Source of the DNA: Paraphysomonas bandaiensis
Lineage: Eukaryota; Protista; Chrysophyceae
DNA: 64,000 nucleotides
Direction: 5' to 3'
Assembly: GCA_965644295.1 (NCBI GenBank)
Contig: CBFFRP010000247.1
Coordinates: 62,001 to 126,000, forward strand
Part shown: piece by piece, positions 51,845 to 63,351 of the stretch
Position numbering within the stretch: the stretch's first letter is position 1
Layout of the letters: every line of letters begins with the position of its first letter
The notes under the pieces: generated by a model
Databases searched by the model: none
The model's input: only the letters and a program-made list of their open reading frames with translations
What the model was told of the DNA's origin: nothing
Made by a program: the position numbers and the translations under genes

Positions 51845-52859
51845 GTGATGGATAGACAGTTATGTGATGTGATTGACCCTCACTGTGATGCTATGAGTGG
51901 AGGGGAGAGATAAGATAACACCTGCACGATACAGCAGATGGAGTTGTGAGTTATATTAACTGTCTCTGTCTGTCTCTGTCTATGTATGTATGTATGTCCC
52001 TCAGCTCTCAGCTCTCAGCATATGATTTCAATTAAACACATGCGAGTCTAAAAACTAGGAAATGTATATAAAAATACACAGATATATATATAAAATACAG
52101 ATATATATATCTATAAAACATAGAAATATATATAAAATACACAGAAATAAGTATATGGACATATAAAATATAGGCTTTTTTCATTGAGATTTCTGTATGA
52201 GGCTCTCTGTATACTCCTACTGTATATGTCTACTACACTCCAACCTATCCAATGAATGGGCTTCTAATGGATAAGCTACTATATGATTGGCTATTAGGAC
52301 TGTTACTGGTCGTGAGTATTGGAATATGTATGTACATAGGCTTAGAACTGATACATGCAGGACTGATATAAGATTTATCTGTAAACCCCCATGACTCTAT
52401 TGCTTGACTAGGCAATCATCGGGATGCATATCCGCATTGTCTGTCCGAAGATATACGTGTATATACGTTCATATAATCGGCCATTGCTTTTCACTGCACG
52501 GCTACACGCTTACTGTGTTATACAACAGTAAATACACTCTGCCCCATTCCAAGGGCGTGGCCATAGTGTAGATATAGCACTGATTCCACCACCCGCCTAC
52601 TTGTGTACCAACGTAGCTGACCGCATAGGTCACGCGCAGATTTTGTTGCCGCCCCACCTGTGTTCACGTTTGCTATGATTACGCGGGATTTCTCATTGCT
52701 ATGTATGACTTTTATATATGTAATTCGCGCAGATTCTAGTAGGACCATGTGTATCTTCCCATTATTACCTAACAAAGATTACGCGGAGCTTATCGTGACC
52801 ATGCATGACTCAGTATAGGTCTAGTGTGAGAATGAGCGGGGTTTCTCGTAGTCTCATAC

Positions 52860-53017
52860 AGGATATGCAAGTATAGTGTAGATCTAGCTAGAGCTTTCTT
52901 GGTGCCGACACACAAAGAATACGCTGAGATTTTTATTTATAATCTATACGTTACTTAGCTTAGTCAACACTAGCACTTCACTAAGGTACGCTCTCGGAAT
53001 GGGGCACCCCCCGCTAG
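52860..53017 (+). mobile_element. Helitron-like 3' terminus
   Basis: GC-rich hairpin GCTCTCGGAATGGGGC, 8-nt spacer, CTAG then T; diverged homolog at ~59620-59727. Confidence 0.5.
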
Positions 53018-53138
53018 TCTATTCCAGAATACAGTTCATAAGTTGAAAGCATAAACTTCTTTTTTAATCACGATGTAACAGCGTGTAAATTAAAAATCTA
53101 TTAATGAAAAATGTCCCAGCAATTATAGTGGCGTTACC

Positions 53139-53159
53139 ATTAACGGTTACCAGGCCCTG
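53139..53159. mobile_element. Solo TIR of the same hAT family as 12005-12608
   Basis: ATTAACGGTTACCAGGCCCTG, identical to the right TIR of the MITE. Confidence 0.75.
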
Positions 53160-53547
53160 GAAGATATAACTAAAAGAAATATTATTTCAGTATAAGTGTT
53201 GTATGACTTCCAAACTTGGTATATAGTATATCAATTGGGAAAGTGTTACGAGGGACGAGTGGACCATGTAGAATAGTAGGAAAGAGTTTAATTCAAATAA
53301 ATGTTCATTTACATCTACAATAGCGCTCATTTTTTTACTTCTTAAGAGTATCATGCTGTGATACTCTTAAGAAGTACATTGTTATCGGAAACAGTATGGA
53401 AAAGTATAATGTACGCACTTCAGCTCACTTCAGCTTTCCACATGAATGTTACGTCATAATAACATTACTTAGCATGAAACACCAAAATGTAGTTTACTCC
53501 CAAGAAAATAATCTTACTAATTGCTCTTTAAAAATGCTAAATCAAAA

Positions 53548-54630
53548 CTACAAATCGAGTTTCTTCAAATTGACGCTCCTTTCCAGCCACTTGATGCCGT
53601 GATTACGAACCCTTTCGAAAAAAGACTCATATATCGGCATAATGCATCTTTTGGGCAAGTTACATAGTAACCCATTTCCAACAACGAACACAATTTTGAT
53701 TAAAATCACCACAACATTGTACATTAATGTCAGGACGAGAATAATAAACGGAGAAAATACCACATTAAAGCAGAAGAACGTGATAAGGTTTTCATTCTCG
53801 TTATCATCATCTTCGTAACCATTGTCATCCCCCTCCTCGTCGTCATAATAAGTAAGGAGGTAATTCGCCACCAAGAACGTGCATTGCACAAGCCAAGCAG
53901 CATAAAGACCGTGTGTATATGATGTCCGAGGTATTGCTGCATGGCGGTATTTCTTACTCCATACACTCTTATATAACATAATTTTAATGTCAGCACGATG
54001 TTGCTCAAGATATCCACAGAGAAAATCCGGAATATTCTCAACCTCATGTACTTTTCCTTCTTCAGCAACGGATAATACCACATGAGCTTGATGCGTCAGT
54101 GATGCCTTCAAAAACACATTACTGTCTGATATATTCTCCTCTCGAAACGTCAGTGCACATCTCCAAACAATATTAATGGGCATTCTAACAAAGAAAAACA
54201 AAAGAATGTCAAGAAATATGTGGATAACTCCGATGACAGCACCAACAGCAGTTACAGTAACCCACGCCTGTCTGCTCACATTCGAATTCATATACAGCGC
54301 AAAGAAGACAATATCCAGTATCACCAGCACGCCAAAGAAACCACTGTACGTATAGTATCGGGAGGCTTGCGACCAGGCATCTAGAAACCATACATGATAA
54401 GGAGTGAGATAGACACTGAGTAGTTGTGGGCCCAGTGTGGTGGCGTAGATGCAGTGGTAGAGGTAGCGGGTGTGCCAGGCGTATGTAGAGTATAGAGTTA
54501 CATCTACACTAGTGTCAGTAACTCTTATACTGCTACTCACACCACCTTCGGCTTGTACTAGTGATGATGTATCCATATTTTCTATATGGAATGCATTAAT
54601 AGAGCAGAGGACTGACAATGCAAGCACCAC
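53548..54630 (-). CDS. Multi-pass membrane protein of unknown function; 5' end uncertain
   Basis: 360-codon ORF with several hydrophobic helices and an acidic loop. Confidence 0.55.
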   Translation of the reverse strand: MVLALSVLCSINAFHIENMDTSSLVQAEGGVSSSIRVTDTSVDVTLYSTYAWHTRYLYHCIYATTLGPQLLSVYLTPYHVWFLDAWSQASRYYTYSGFFGVLVILDIVFFALYMNSNVSRQAWVTVTAVGAVIGVIHIFLDILLFFFVRMPINIVWRCALTFREENISDSNVFLKASLTHQAHVVLSVAEEGKVHEVENIPDFLCGYLEQHRADIKIMLYKSVWSKKYRHAAIPRTSYTHGLYAAWLVQCTFLVANYLLTYYDDEEGDDNGYEDDDNENENLITFFCFNVVFSPFIILVLTLMYNVVVILIKIVFVVGNGLLCNLPKRCIMPIYESFFERVRNHGIKWLERSVNLKKLDL

Positions 54631-56762
54631 AACAGCACGACAGTAACCGTATCTTTATATCCATCTACAGTACATATAAATATATGGTAATTTTGCTGAA
54701 ACTTTCCTTTTTTCTTAGAAAAGTGCAGTTTTCAGGCAATAAAAAGGGTGAAAAAGTTAATATTTGGATGAGAAATTGCTGTACGGTATCTACGAATGTG
54801 ATGCAGGAGTTGTACGATATTTCCAGGATACGTCCCTCCATTGTGCGTACTTTTGTATATTGTACTTCACTACATACTACTTGTATACAAGAGTACAGGA
54901 CGTATGGTACGTGGTGGTGATTTCTCAACTGCCAGGACGATTCAAGTCTAGCGTAGACTTAGCTGAAGCTTGCATGTCACCACACAACACAAAGAATATA
55001 CATTGCTAACAATCTATGCATTGCTTACAGGGTATATCGAGAGAGTGTGTGTCTGCTAGCAGACTGTAGCACATATGTTGCTCTCCATGATCAATGGGTT
55101 GACTGTGTATATCCGTATATATGCATGAGAATGACTGTGGATCAATAATTTCACCTTCATTGTGTTCTACATATAAGCATCTTGCAATATGGATTCGGAT
55201 TTATGGAGAAGAACATGCACCAAAAGGTGCAGTACGTCATTCGTGACCATGTTGATACCGAGACTACTTTAAGGTTGTTATCCGACTATTGTTTTCTTTG
55301 GCATATTATTCATGGAAGTTGCTGCATTGATCTATTGGAATCTACTGCTAGCAACTGATTTATGGCTTTACTCCTAATATACGAATAATTTACATGAAGC
55401 CTGAGTGAGTGGGCTTGTGGGTGTATGAGTTATATGCAAAACGGCCCAGCCAACACTCATACATGCTGGACCTGGAGTTGCAGTATGCGATAGCTGATCG
55501 TGGAGTCTATTCCTGTCAGCGCTGTAGTAGAACACTGGGGCAAATTATCCACCCCTTTAATTCTACACGAACGAGTAGCACTGTTCTTGTATCGCCTCGT
55601 ATTTTTTGATGGAGCTGCAAGAGAGGGACCTGAGGAAGACAGTAAAATATATCGGGGCTATGAATCCACAGCGCTTCCAGCGCTCACTCGTAAAGTTCGT
55701 AGAGATGTCAATGTGCGAGGACAGTGGAATCAGCAGCGTAAAAAAGTCATAGTTCATTCCTTTACCAAGGAAGGAAAGGAAAGAAGTATACCACCTTATC
55801 CAATGCTTATCATAGATCAACTACGGAGTCTACCGCCAAATCAGTGTATGGTAAGATGTTTGCAGCATGTAATGTATTTAATTCCCAGATTTAAAATAGG
55901 ATATGGCTTGATCGGCATGTTAGTGGAAGGCATCTGGGCGAAAATGGAAAGCTCGGCTGTGTATTCAAAAATACATTCAATGCGTATTCTAATATAAGTT
56001 CCATAGGTACAAATAGTATTGATTATTGTAGTTTCGGTATTGCGTTAGGTACTGATTTGTTCAAACATGCTGATACTCTATCTGATGAGTCTTGACGTAG
56101 AGGGATACCATGATTGGTTTACTCAGTTTTGTAATAATTGCATGTTATATCTTAAGTAACTTAGGGTTAGAGACTATGGTTTAATGTGCTTGTAGGGCTA
56201 GTGCTATGTAACAATGGCCCAAGATTGATATAACCTCATTCCCAGTTATAGTGCACTAACTAGATCTAAAGATTACTGAGTACTTGCATGGTCCATACAT
56301 CATACACAATTATGAGAAATCCGACGCATATACTGGAGGGTGAAGGGGGTTAATCCAGTGCCTTTATAGTAGGCCTACCCAATACATAAATGGGCCATGT
56401 GTTTGCTACGCCACATTCGGTCACTTTCAAACCCTTTTTGATTGTATGTCAGCCGAAATAGAAGATTGCGTGGAAAAGTAGGCGAGTGCGCATAATGTAT
56501 AATTCGCGCAAAATTTCATCAATATATGTGTTGCTTGCCAAATGTCTCGGTGAGTCTACCCTGTGCTTCAGTTACTCGTAGCAATATAGTACATTCTGGT
56601 GGTTGATATAGGTGCTTAATTACATTTTTCTTTCATATTGTGAATTATTAGATACCCCTTTGAGATAGCACAGCTAATTACCAGCCATAGGTTACTCATC
56701 GCAACAACTGTGTTGAAAACTATAACAGTCAACCAGTGAGTGTTGTTCAATCTGTGAACTGA

Positions 56763-57737
56763 TTACGTAAGTATACGGTGAATCAGAAAACAGAAGGCTT
56801 TCTTGTCAGCCTTCGATCTCCCTCGAAAAAGATGCCAAGCTGTGGCTTCGATTATGTCAGCTTTAGAATGCTCCGCTTCATTCTCTTGAAGCAAATTCGA
56901 TTTACCAAAGGAATCATACACTTCTGAGAGTTTAGTATTCGTGCAAGCATTAGTCACAGCTTTCTCGACATCGTTGGTTTTTTTGTTCACCTCATTTATA
57001 GCACGAAGAACATAGATTAACCTGTCACCGCAAAATTTAGCGATAGAAAAGGCGCCCAACTCTGGATGCTGTCCAGTTCTGGATTCTATTGTTTTGTTTA
57101 TGGCACCCTTCACATGACTGATCCCCTTTGAACTTTCCGTACCATACAGATCCCTGACGACCACATCGCATAAACTTTTCTTTGCCTTGGCCTTCTTTGC
57201 CTTTGGCTTAGCCTGTTGTATGTTGCCAGTAGAATCCGCTGGAGTTCGCAATCTACTGTCAGAAGTGGAAAGTTTTTTTTTGACTTCATCCAAGGTTAGG
57301 CAGTCGCTGCAGCGTATAGCACCCTTCAATTCGTTTTGGATATTTGGAGGCTGAAAACCTGTGTGGCTCTGAGGCCAATACACAATCACGTCTGTTGTCT
57401 TAAAAAGAGTAGTGACAGTTGAGACAAATGCATGGAACCACGTCGTCAATCGCCGAGCATTCGGATTGCATACAAGCACAATAGCCGCCTTTGTGACCTT
57501 ATCTTCCTTCAAAGCATTGCTCAGTTGTCCAGTGGAGCTGCTGTGGTTCTTTGAGTCCAGTCCAACCGTATCATAATAAGTATATCCTCCGTGACGATGC
57601 TTCTCAACACTTTCAGTTCCATCTTTGAACGGATCACTTGAGACGTTAGCAGTAGACTTACCAGTGCACTGGTTGATAAATGTGCTTTTACCTACACCAG
57701 CAGCACCCAGAACAATTACAGCAGTGGTAGAATTCAT
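56763..57737 (-). CDS. TRAFAC-class P-loop GTPase (AIG1/MMR_HSR1-like) fused to a Mini-RNase III-like domain
   Basis: G1 GAAGVGKST, G3 DTVG; Lys-rich linker; C-terminal IAKFCGDRLIY ... CTNTKLS ... HSKADIIEA. Confidence 0.7.
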   Translation of the reverse strand: MNSTTAVIVLGAAGVGKSTFINQCTGKSTANVSSDPFKDGTESVEKHRHGGYTYYDTVGLDSKNHSSSTGQLSNALKEDKVTKAAIVLVCNPNARRLTTWFHAFVSTVTTLFKTTDVIVYWPQSHTGFQPPNIQNELKGAIRCSDCLTLDEVKKKLSTSDSRLRTPADSTGNIQQAKPKAKKAKAKKSLCDVVVRDLYGTESSKGISHVKGAINKTIESRTGQHPELGAFSIAKFCGDRLIYVLRAINEVNKKTNDVEKAVTNACTNTKLSEVYDSFGKSNLLQENEAEHSKADIIEATAWHLFRGRSKADKKAFCFLIHRILT

Positions 57738-58070
57738 CTTGTTTAGTGTATAATCTTATTAAGTGTGTGTATGAAGGAATTGAAGGGAGTGCATGATCGC
57801 AGGGTTGTATTGAGGTCATCGCCCACAAAAAATCCAGGCTTTTTTGATGCATGTTGTTTTTTGCGAATATATTTTAGAGAAATAACGAAAAAAGATCGAT
57901 TTTTTTGATGGATCGACATATTCTGCTGCATCACAGATAGCTAACATATAGAAAAACACGTAGGATCTCAAATGTCTGGATATTCAGACACTAAGCAGAT
58001 GGGAGGTGATGGGGATATATAGCCAATCATATCACCTGTAATTGTATTAACGACTTATGATTGGATAGAC

Positions 58071-59078
58071 ATGCTTGCAGGTCCCATTTCTGGATTCACG
58101 GCATGTGTGAGCGATATGCTGCTATGCACACTGCACAATATCACTATGAAGGACATAACATATAGATATATACATGCAGGTAGATATAAAAGACATCAGA
58201 TAATATCTTCAGCAACACTAAACGAGATGGAGTTTAAGGATAAAGTATGGCACACTGTACAATCCATGTATCACTACATTGAAGCTAAGAGAACGGACAG
58301 AGATATCTTGAAGGGGCAAATAGAAGAGACTTCATTCTTCACAACTTGTAACAAACAACGAGTACAGATAAAATCAAGTATTTTGACACGAAAATTGTGT
58401 TTTGTTAACCTGATTATACGTCATGATGTGGAACAAGTTAGACAGCAATACGACCAAGACACTGATGTAAAGGCAGTTGAATCGAAGTTTAAAGATCTTG
58501 TCTCACTTATGTGGACGGGATCTAAACAAGATAACAGCAATAATGAGTACGGAAATGATGATCTTAATGAATTATTTGAACAATGTGAAGATGCTGACAA
58601 AGCGAACCACTGGATACTATTACTGATGACTTATTATGCCAAAGTAATATTAGTACAACGAAGTCAAGATGTCGATAGGCCTCATACAGAACGAAGATTT
58701 GTAGAGAATATGACGAATATAAGGTTTGGAGAATACTCTTTGGGACATATTGCTGTGAAGGGGCAAACAGTTGGTGATATTATCCGTGAATGTAAAGTTG
58801 AGGATAAGTTTCCCCCAGGATGCACAGAGCGAAGACTTATTGGAGATGGTGCTAAGATAGAGTTAGGTACAAAATATATGCCTAAAATAAATTATGGCGA
58901 CTACAAAGCAGTTGTATATTTTCACCCGAGGATGATAAATTGTGTAAAAAGACATATTGAGTTCCATTTAGGGGAAAGTCACCTTCGAAGCTTCGGCAAT
59001 TGGAAGAAGAGGGAAATTGATTCTACTGATTTAAGTGTTAAAAATGCAAAAGTAAAATATGAGACAGCAAGAGAATAA
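58071..59078 (+). CDS. Intronless orphan ORF (likely start MEFKDK at ~58227), divergent from the GTPase gene
   Basis: 335-codon open frame in AT-rich DNA; no recognisable motif. Confidence 0.5.
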   Translation: MLAGPISGFTACVSDMLLCTLHNITMKDITYRYIHAGRYKRHQIISSATLNEMEFKDKVWHTVQSMYHYIEAKRTDRDILKGQIEETSFFTTCNKQRVQIKSSILTRKLCFVNLIIRHDVEQVRQQYDQDTDVKAVESKFKDLVSLMWTGSKQDNSNNEYGNDDLNELFEQCEDADKANHWILLLMTYYAKVILVQRSQDVDRPHTERRFVENMTNIRFGEYSLGHIAVKGQTVGDIIRECKVEDKFPPGCTERRLIGDGAKIELGTKYMPKINYGDYKAVVYFHPRMINCVKRHIEFHLGESHLRSFGNWKKREIDSTDLSVKNAKVKYETARE

Positions 59079-60650
59079 CGTTCTACCGACTCTTATTCTC
59101 AGTCTTTCCTTCGTTAGTTATCGTTATAATTCGATATGTCTAAATAATTGTTGTCTCATTAGTTGTTGTATTACAGTATTGATCATTTAGTCCTACGTTC
59201 TTGTCTTGATTTTGATTCACTGTGATGTAGCATATCAATGCTATAATACTGTACATTGCGACTAGCTTCAATCAATATATAATACAATATGCACTCTAGC
59301 ATGACAATATATACTGAGGAAAACTCCTGTAAAATATAAACTTATGAAATCATTACCTGTTAATGTTCCTTCATGCTTTAAATCACTACAAAATGTATCT
59401 CTACGAGTTTTGTTTTCCTCTTTTCTATATTCCAACAATAACGCATGCTATAACAGGATATGAATAACATTAAAGCTATAAACTAGAAACAAACATTATG
59501 ATATAGGCTTGAAAACTTAAGATATATCTGTATGTTAGAAAAGATTTTGATTGTAAAATATATACCCTTAAATATACCCCAAGCTATATTGCTCCCACTT
59601 CCCCGAAAGTCATGTGTATGAGCTATGCATGCATAGAGTAAATCTAGCTGGAGATTTTAATAAGATCTATGCGTTGCATAGTTTATTCATTCTAGCACTG
59701 TACTAGATCACGCCCTCGGAATAGAGCAATTATTGTTTTCTTTTATATTATGAATTATTAGATACCCTATTCGAGTTCGTTAAGCAAATACTGATTACAA
59801 TAACTGTGTCTTGTATTTGTTTCTAGCCAAACGCACCGCCCGTAGGACCTTCACTACGACTACACTGTTGGAATGGGGCACACTCTACTATTTCTTTCTT
59901 CTTCATGCAATGAGATGTTAATTTTAGAACCTGTTAATTGCTTGAAACCTTTGAATTGATATTCTATAGCTAGACTGATATATATGACCTTTGATAAATA
60001 GATTTGACGGGAATAAAGACGAGTGTCAATTTGCGGCTTCATAACTGCGGAAATCGATGCACCTTAATTAACTTTTGTTGATATAATTACGATATATACG
60101 GTAAGAGTATTTTACCAGATCCAACACTATTTTCTGGTCATGCTCACCGTTAACGCAATACGTCAGAAGCGACATGATATCATATGCCTTACTACATTGG
60201 AGATATAGTATAGCTTTTTAAAATGTTATTACTTTTGCTTATGTTTGTAGAATTTCACCGTCTTCGTTCCATGTTCTACTTCGTACGATTCACATAATGA
60301 ATGCTGTTTGGCATTTGTTCTTCAGGTGCTTTCCCTAATTGATAAGCGTGAATATGTTCCCAGTACTCTCCCAGACAACGACAGTTCCCATCTTGAAGGC
60401 TCTATACAAGATTAGAAATTAGTATGATAAAATCCTATTAGTAAGAGGGCTGTGTAACAAGTAATTATGAATAATTAATTAATTATTAAGGAATATTGTT
60501 CTTGCGTTCTTGCTAAACTCATGCAGCAATATCCTATACCGCCGACAAAAACTGGGTAACTCATCACGTACGAGCACAACAATAGTATTCAAATAATTAG
60601 TATTATTAGGTTTATTGAACGACGTGTGCACTATTTCTACTACGCGTGAT

Positions 60651-62502
60651 TCACGCATTCTCATCGTCGACATTGATATCCTCCAGAATGTCATCCAGAC
60701 ATAGTATTTCGCTACCTCTCGCAGAATCCCTACCAGGTTCTGGAACTGTTGAAGACACAGTGGTCATTTCAGTCTCGGAGAGGACGCCTACATCACTGTC
60801 AGTAGGACGACTTACACCTGTGGAGGGGTTGCTATCATCGCCACGCAAAGGGCCAGCAGCAGTTTGACTAGAAGAAATTGACCTCGGATCCATATTCATA
60901 GCCTCCACTTGTCCACTGGTCTGCTCCTGACCAGAAGGTCTACTGGAAGCACTAGAGACTGGAGCATTAACCTGAGAGGTAGTAGTGGCTCCAGAGTGCT
61001 GCTGCTGTGGATGTGGGGCGAAATGTCGAACTACTACGTGCCTTCCCCCCCCCCTACCCTGGCGAACCATTATTCTTCCCCCCCCCCAACCCTGGCGAAT
61101 CATTGTTGTTCCACCTCTCACGACATTAGCACCATGCTGATCATGCATAGGCTGCTGCTGGGGGTGCATCATATTCGGTACAGTATTGGTAGGGTGATTC
61201 AAGGACGATGTTTGTGCCCACGCTGTCTGAGTGGTAGAAGGGGGAGAAGGCCTTCCTGTTAAAGCTGGACAAAATACTTCCTGTGCATTGATACCACGAA
61301 CACTGTTAGCAAGATGCCCACACGCAGCTGACATATGGCTCAGCATGGCAGATATGTTCAGCGCTTGAGTTTGTGCAGACACCACTTCATGAGGTTCAAT
61401 AGTATTAACACCAGTCGAACGATTTTCTGTGAAGTACACAGTGAATACTTAGCTTCAAACAATACCAGTGGGGACATACAGTCCACAAACACATACACCA
61501 TATCACTTGCAACATGTAAAACAGTAACAAGACAAGAGTCTCACCATGGGCTTGTTGAAGGTTCCCAACAAGTGGTTGCAGTGCTTCATTCACATCAGAC
61601 ATAGCACGCTGTAGTGTCGCCAATGACAAAGCCAGACTCTGCGTAGAATTTTCATAGGGGTTGTGCTGTTGCTGCTGATATGCTGCTCCTGGTAATAGAC
61701 TGGATAAAGCATGCAGGTGAGATGTCCCCATCACAATATCATTAGATGCAGACATTTCGGTGGATCCTCCTGTATGTGCGGTGTGATGGGTGTGGTGTAC
61801 ACGTACTCGATGCTGTGGCTGTGTGTGCAGGTATTGTGGTTGCGGCTGAGGTTGTCCTTGTGGTGGTGGCATCTGAGTATGTGACTGCTGTGGCTGTGCT
61901 GGAACACTAGAATCAATGGTAGGGCCAGATTGTGGCATGCTGTTGCTTTCCATTGGACTGGTACTATTTGAACCACTATTAGCCCCAGTATCAGACTCGT
62001 TGGCATCGTTCGCTCCACTCGGCTGAGGTGGAGGTGGTTGGCTTTGGGGAGAGAGTCCTTGTTGAGCAACAGACATCATTTGATTCACGATTGCTTGAAT
62101 TTCAGGAGGCATTCCATTAGATCCCACTTCTGAACTATCGATTGTCATAGAACCAACCATCACACCATTTCCCAGAGTCTGTACGTGCACGCCGCGTGGT
62201 AGAGGTGCAGGCATTGCCGGAGGTGTAGTTTGTGAAGTAGTTGAAGGTGGGGTAGGATTAGAAGCCGGAACATTATCAGGTCGTATTACAATATGCACAA
62301 CAGAATCTTCTGTTATTGAATAATCACTCAGTGTTTGATTGTCTTTAAGGACACGGCCGCAATATATGAGTCTCTGTCTGTCGACAGCCACGTCTATAGC
62401 ACTCAACACCTTCGCTTTCACTGCCGATATCTTCGTATCCACCCCATCAAATAGATCGACTGTAAACATTTCTCCATCCATTTTCTTTACTTTCAATAAC
62501 AT
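60651..62502 (-). CDS. N-terminal ubiquitin-like domain protein with Pro/Gln-rich body (BAG6/Scythe-like architecture)
   Basis: MLLKVKKMDG...RQRLIYCGRVLKDNQTLSDYSI...VVHIV; intron at about 61428-61544 joins ORF 60651-61439; 3' end uncertain. Confidence 0.7.
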
Positions 62503-63351
62503 CTTCACAGTAATGTATGTGTATGTATGTGTGTATGTGTATGTGTGTGTGTATGTGTGTGTGTGTGTGTATGCTAGCAGGAGACGCTCTGTATGTTCTA
62601 TCAGCCTACTGTGAGTGGGACAGAACACTGACAACCTTTAGATGTATAGCTAGTGAGATCTATCAATAGATGGAGTTCAGTTCACTTGATATGAGGGTCA
62701 TACGACACTGATAGTATAGTCAACTGGGCTGTATATACACACATACATACATACATACATACATACACTGACTGCTGTATCATACCTTCCATAATTCTTC
62801 CATTATATTATTGCTAGAAACCCTTAATTTTAGTATTAGAAACATAGAGTTTGGATATATATCTAGAGGTTTTCGAGAAATTGGAATATTTTTCTGGGGT
62901 TTTATCTTCTACTAAACTCCCCATTCGTCCGGGAGAGATCCGTTTAAGTTTGGAACAGATATCCAACCAACCCGTCCCTCCTATAATGACCATTAAAACC
63001 CACCGAAGTGTGTAATTGGAAACCCCAGTTTTTATTGGTTTGTGTAATTCTAATTACACAGGAGGAAAACATCACCCACACAAACGACTGCGATTTTGAG
63101 ATTTTTCGAAACAAACAGATCTGTGTAATTCTAATTACACAGGAGTAAACAGATTTTTAACCTATTTTTGAAGGCACCCAATTCACAAAATTGTTTTTTT
63201 TGCTTAAAAAGCCTTGATTTTATGTTACAGTGATGAACAGTTGATTTGTTCGTTGAACCAAAAGGATATATGCATTATGATATCTTAAGAGGCTAATATT
63301 TCGTAGAATAATCTGCTATAGAACGAACTGAGAGTATTACCTATAGACAAA

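Noticed and set aside
52050-52172. AT-rich imperfect repeats (ATATATAAAATACACAGA)
   Set aside because: Low-complexity sequence with no evidence of function
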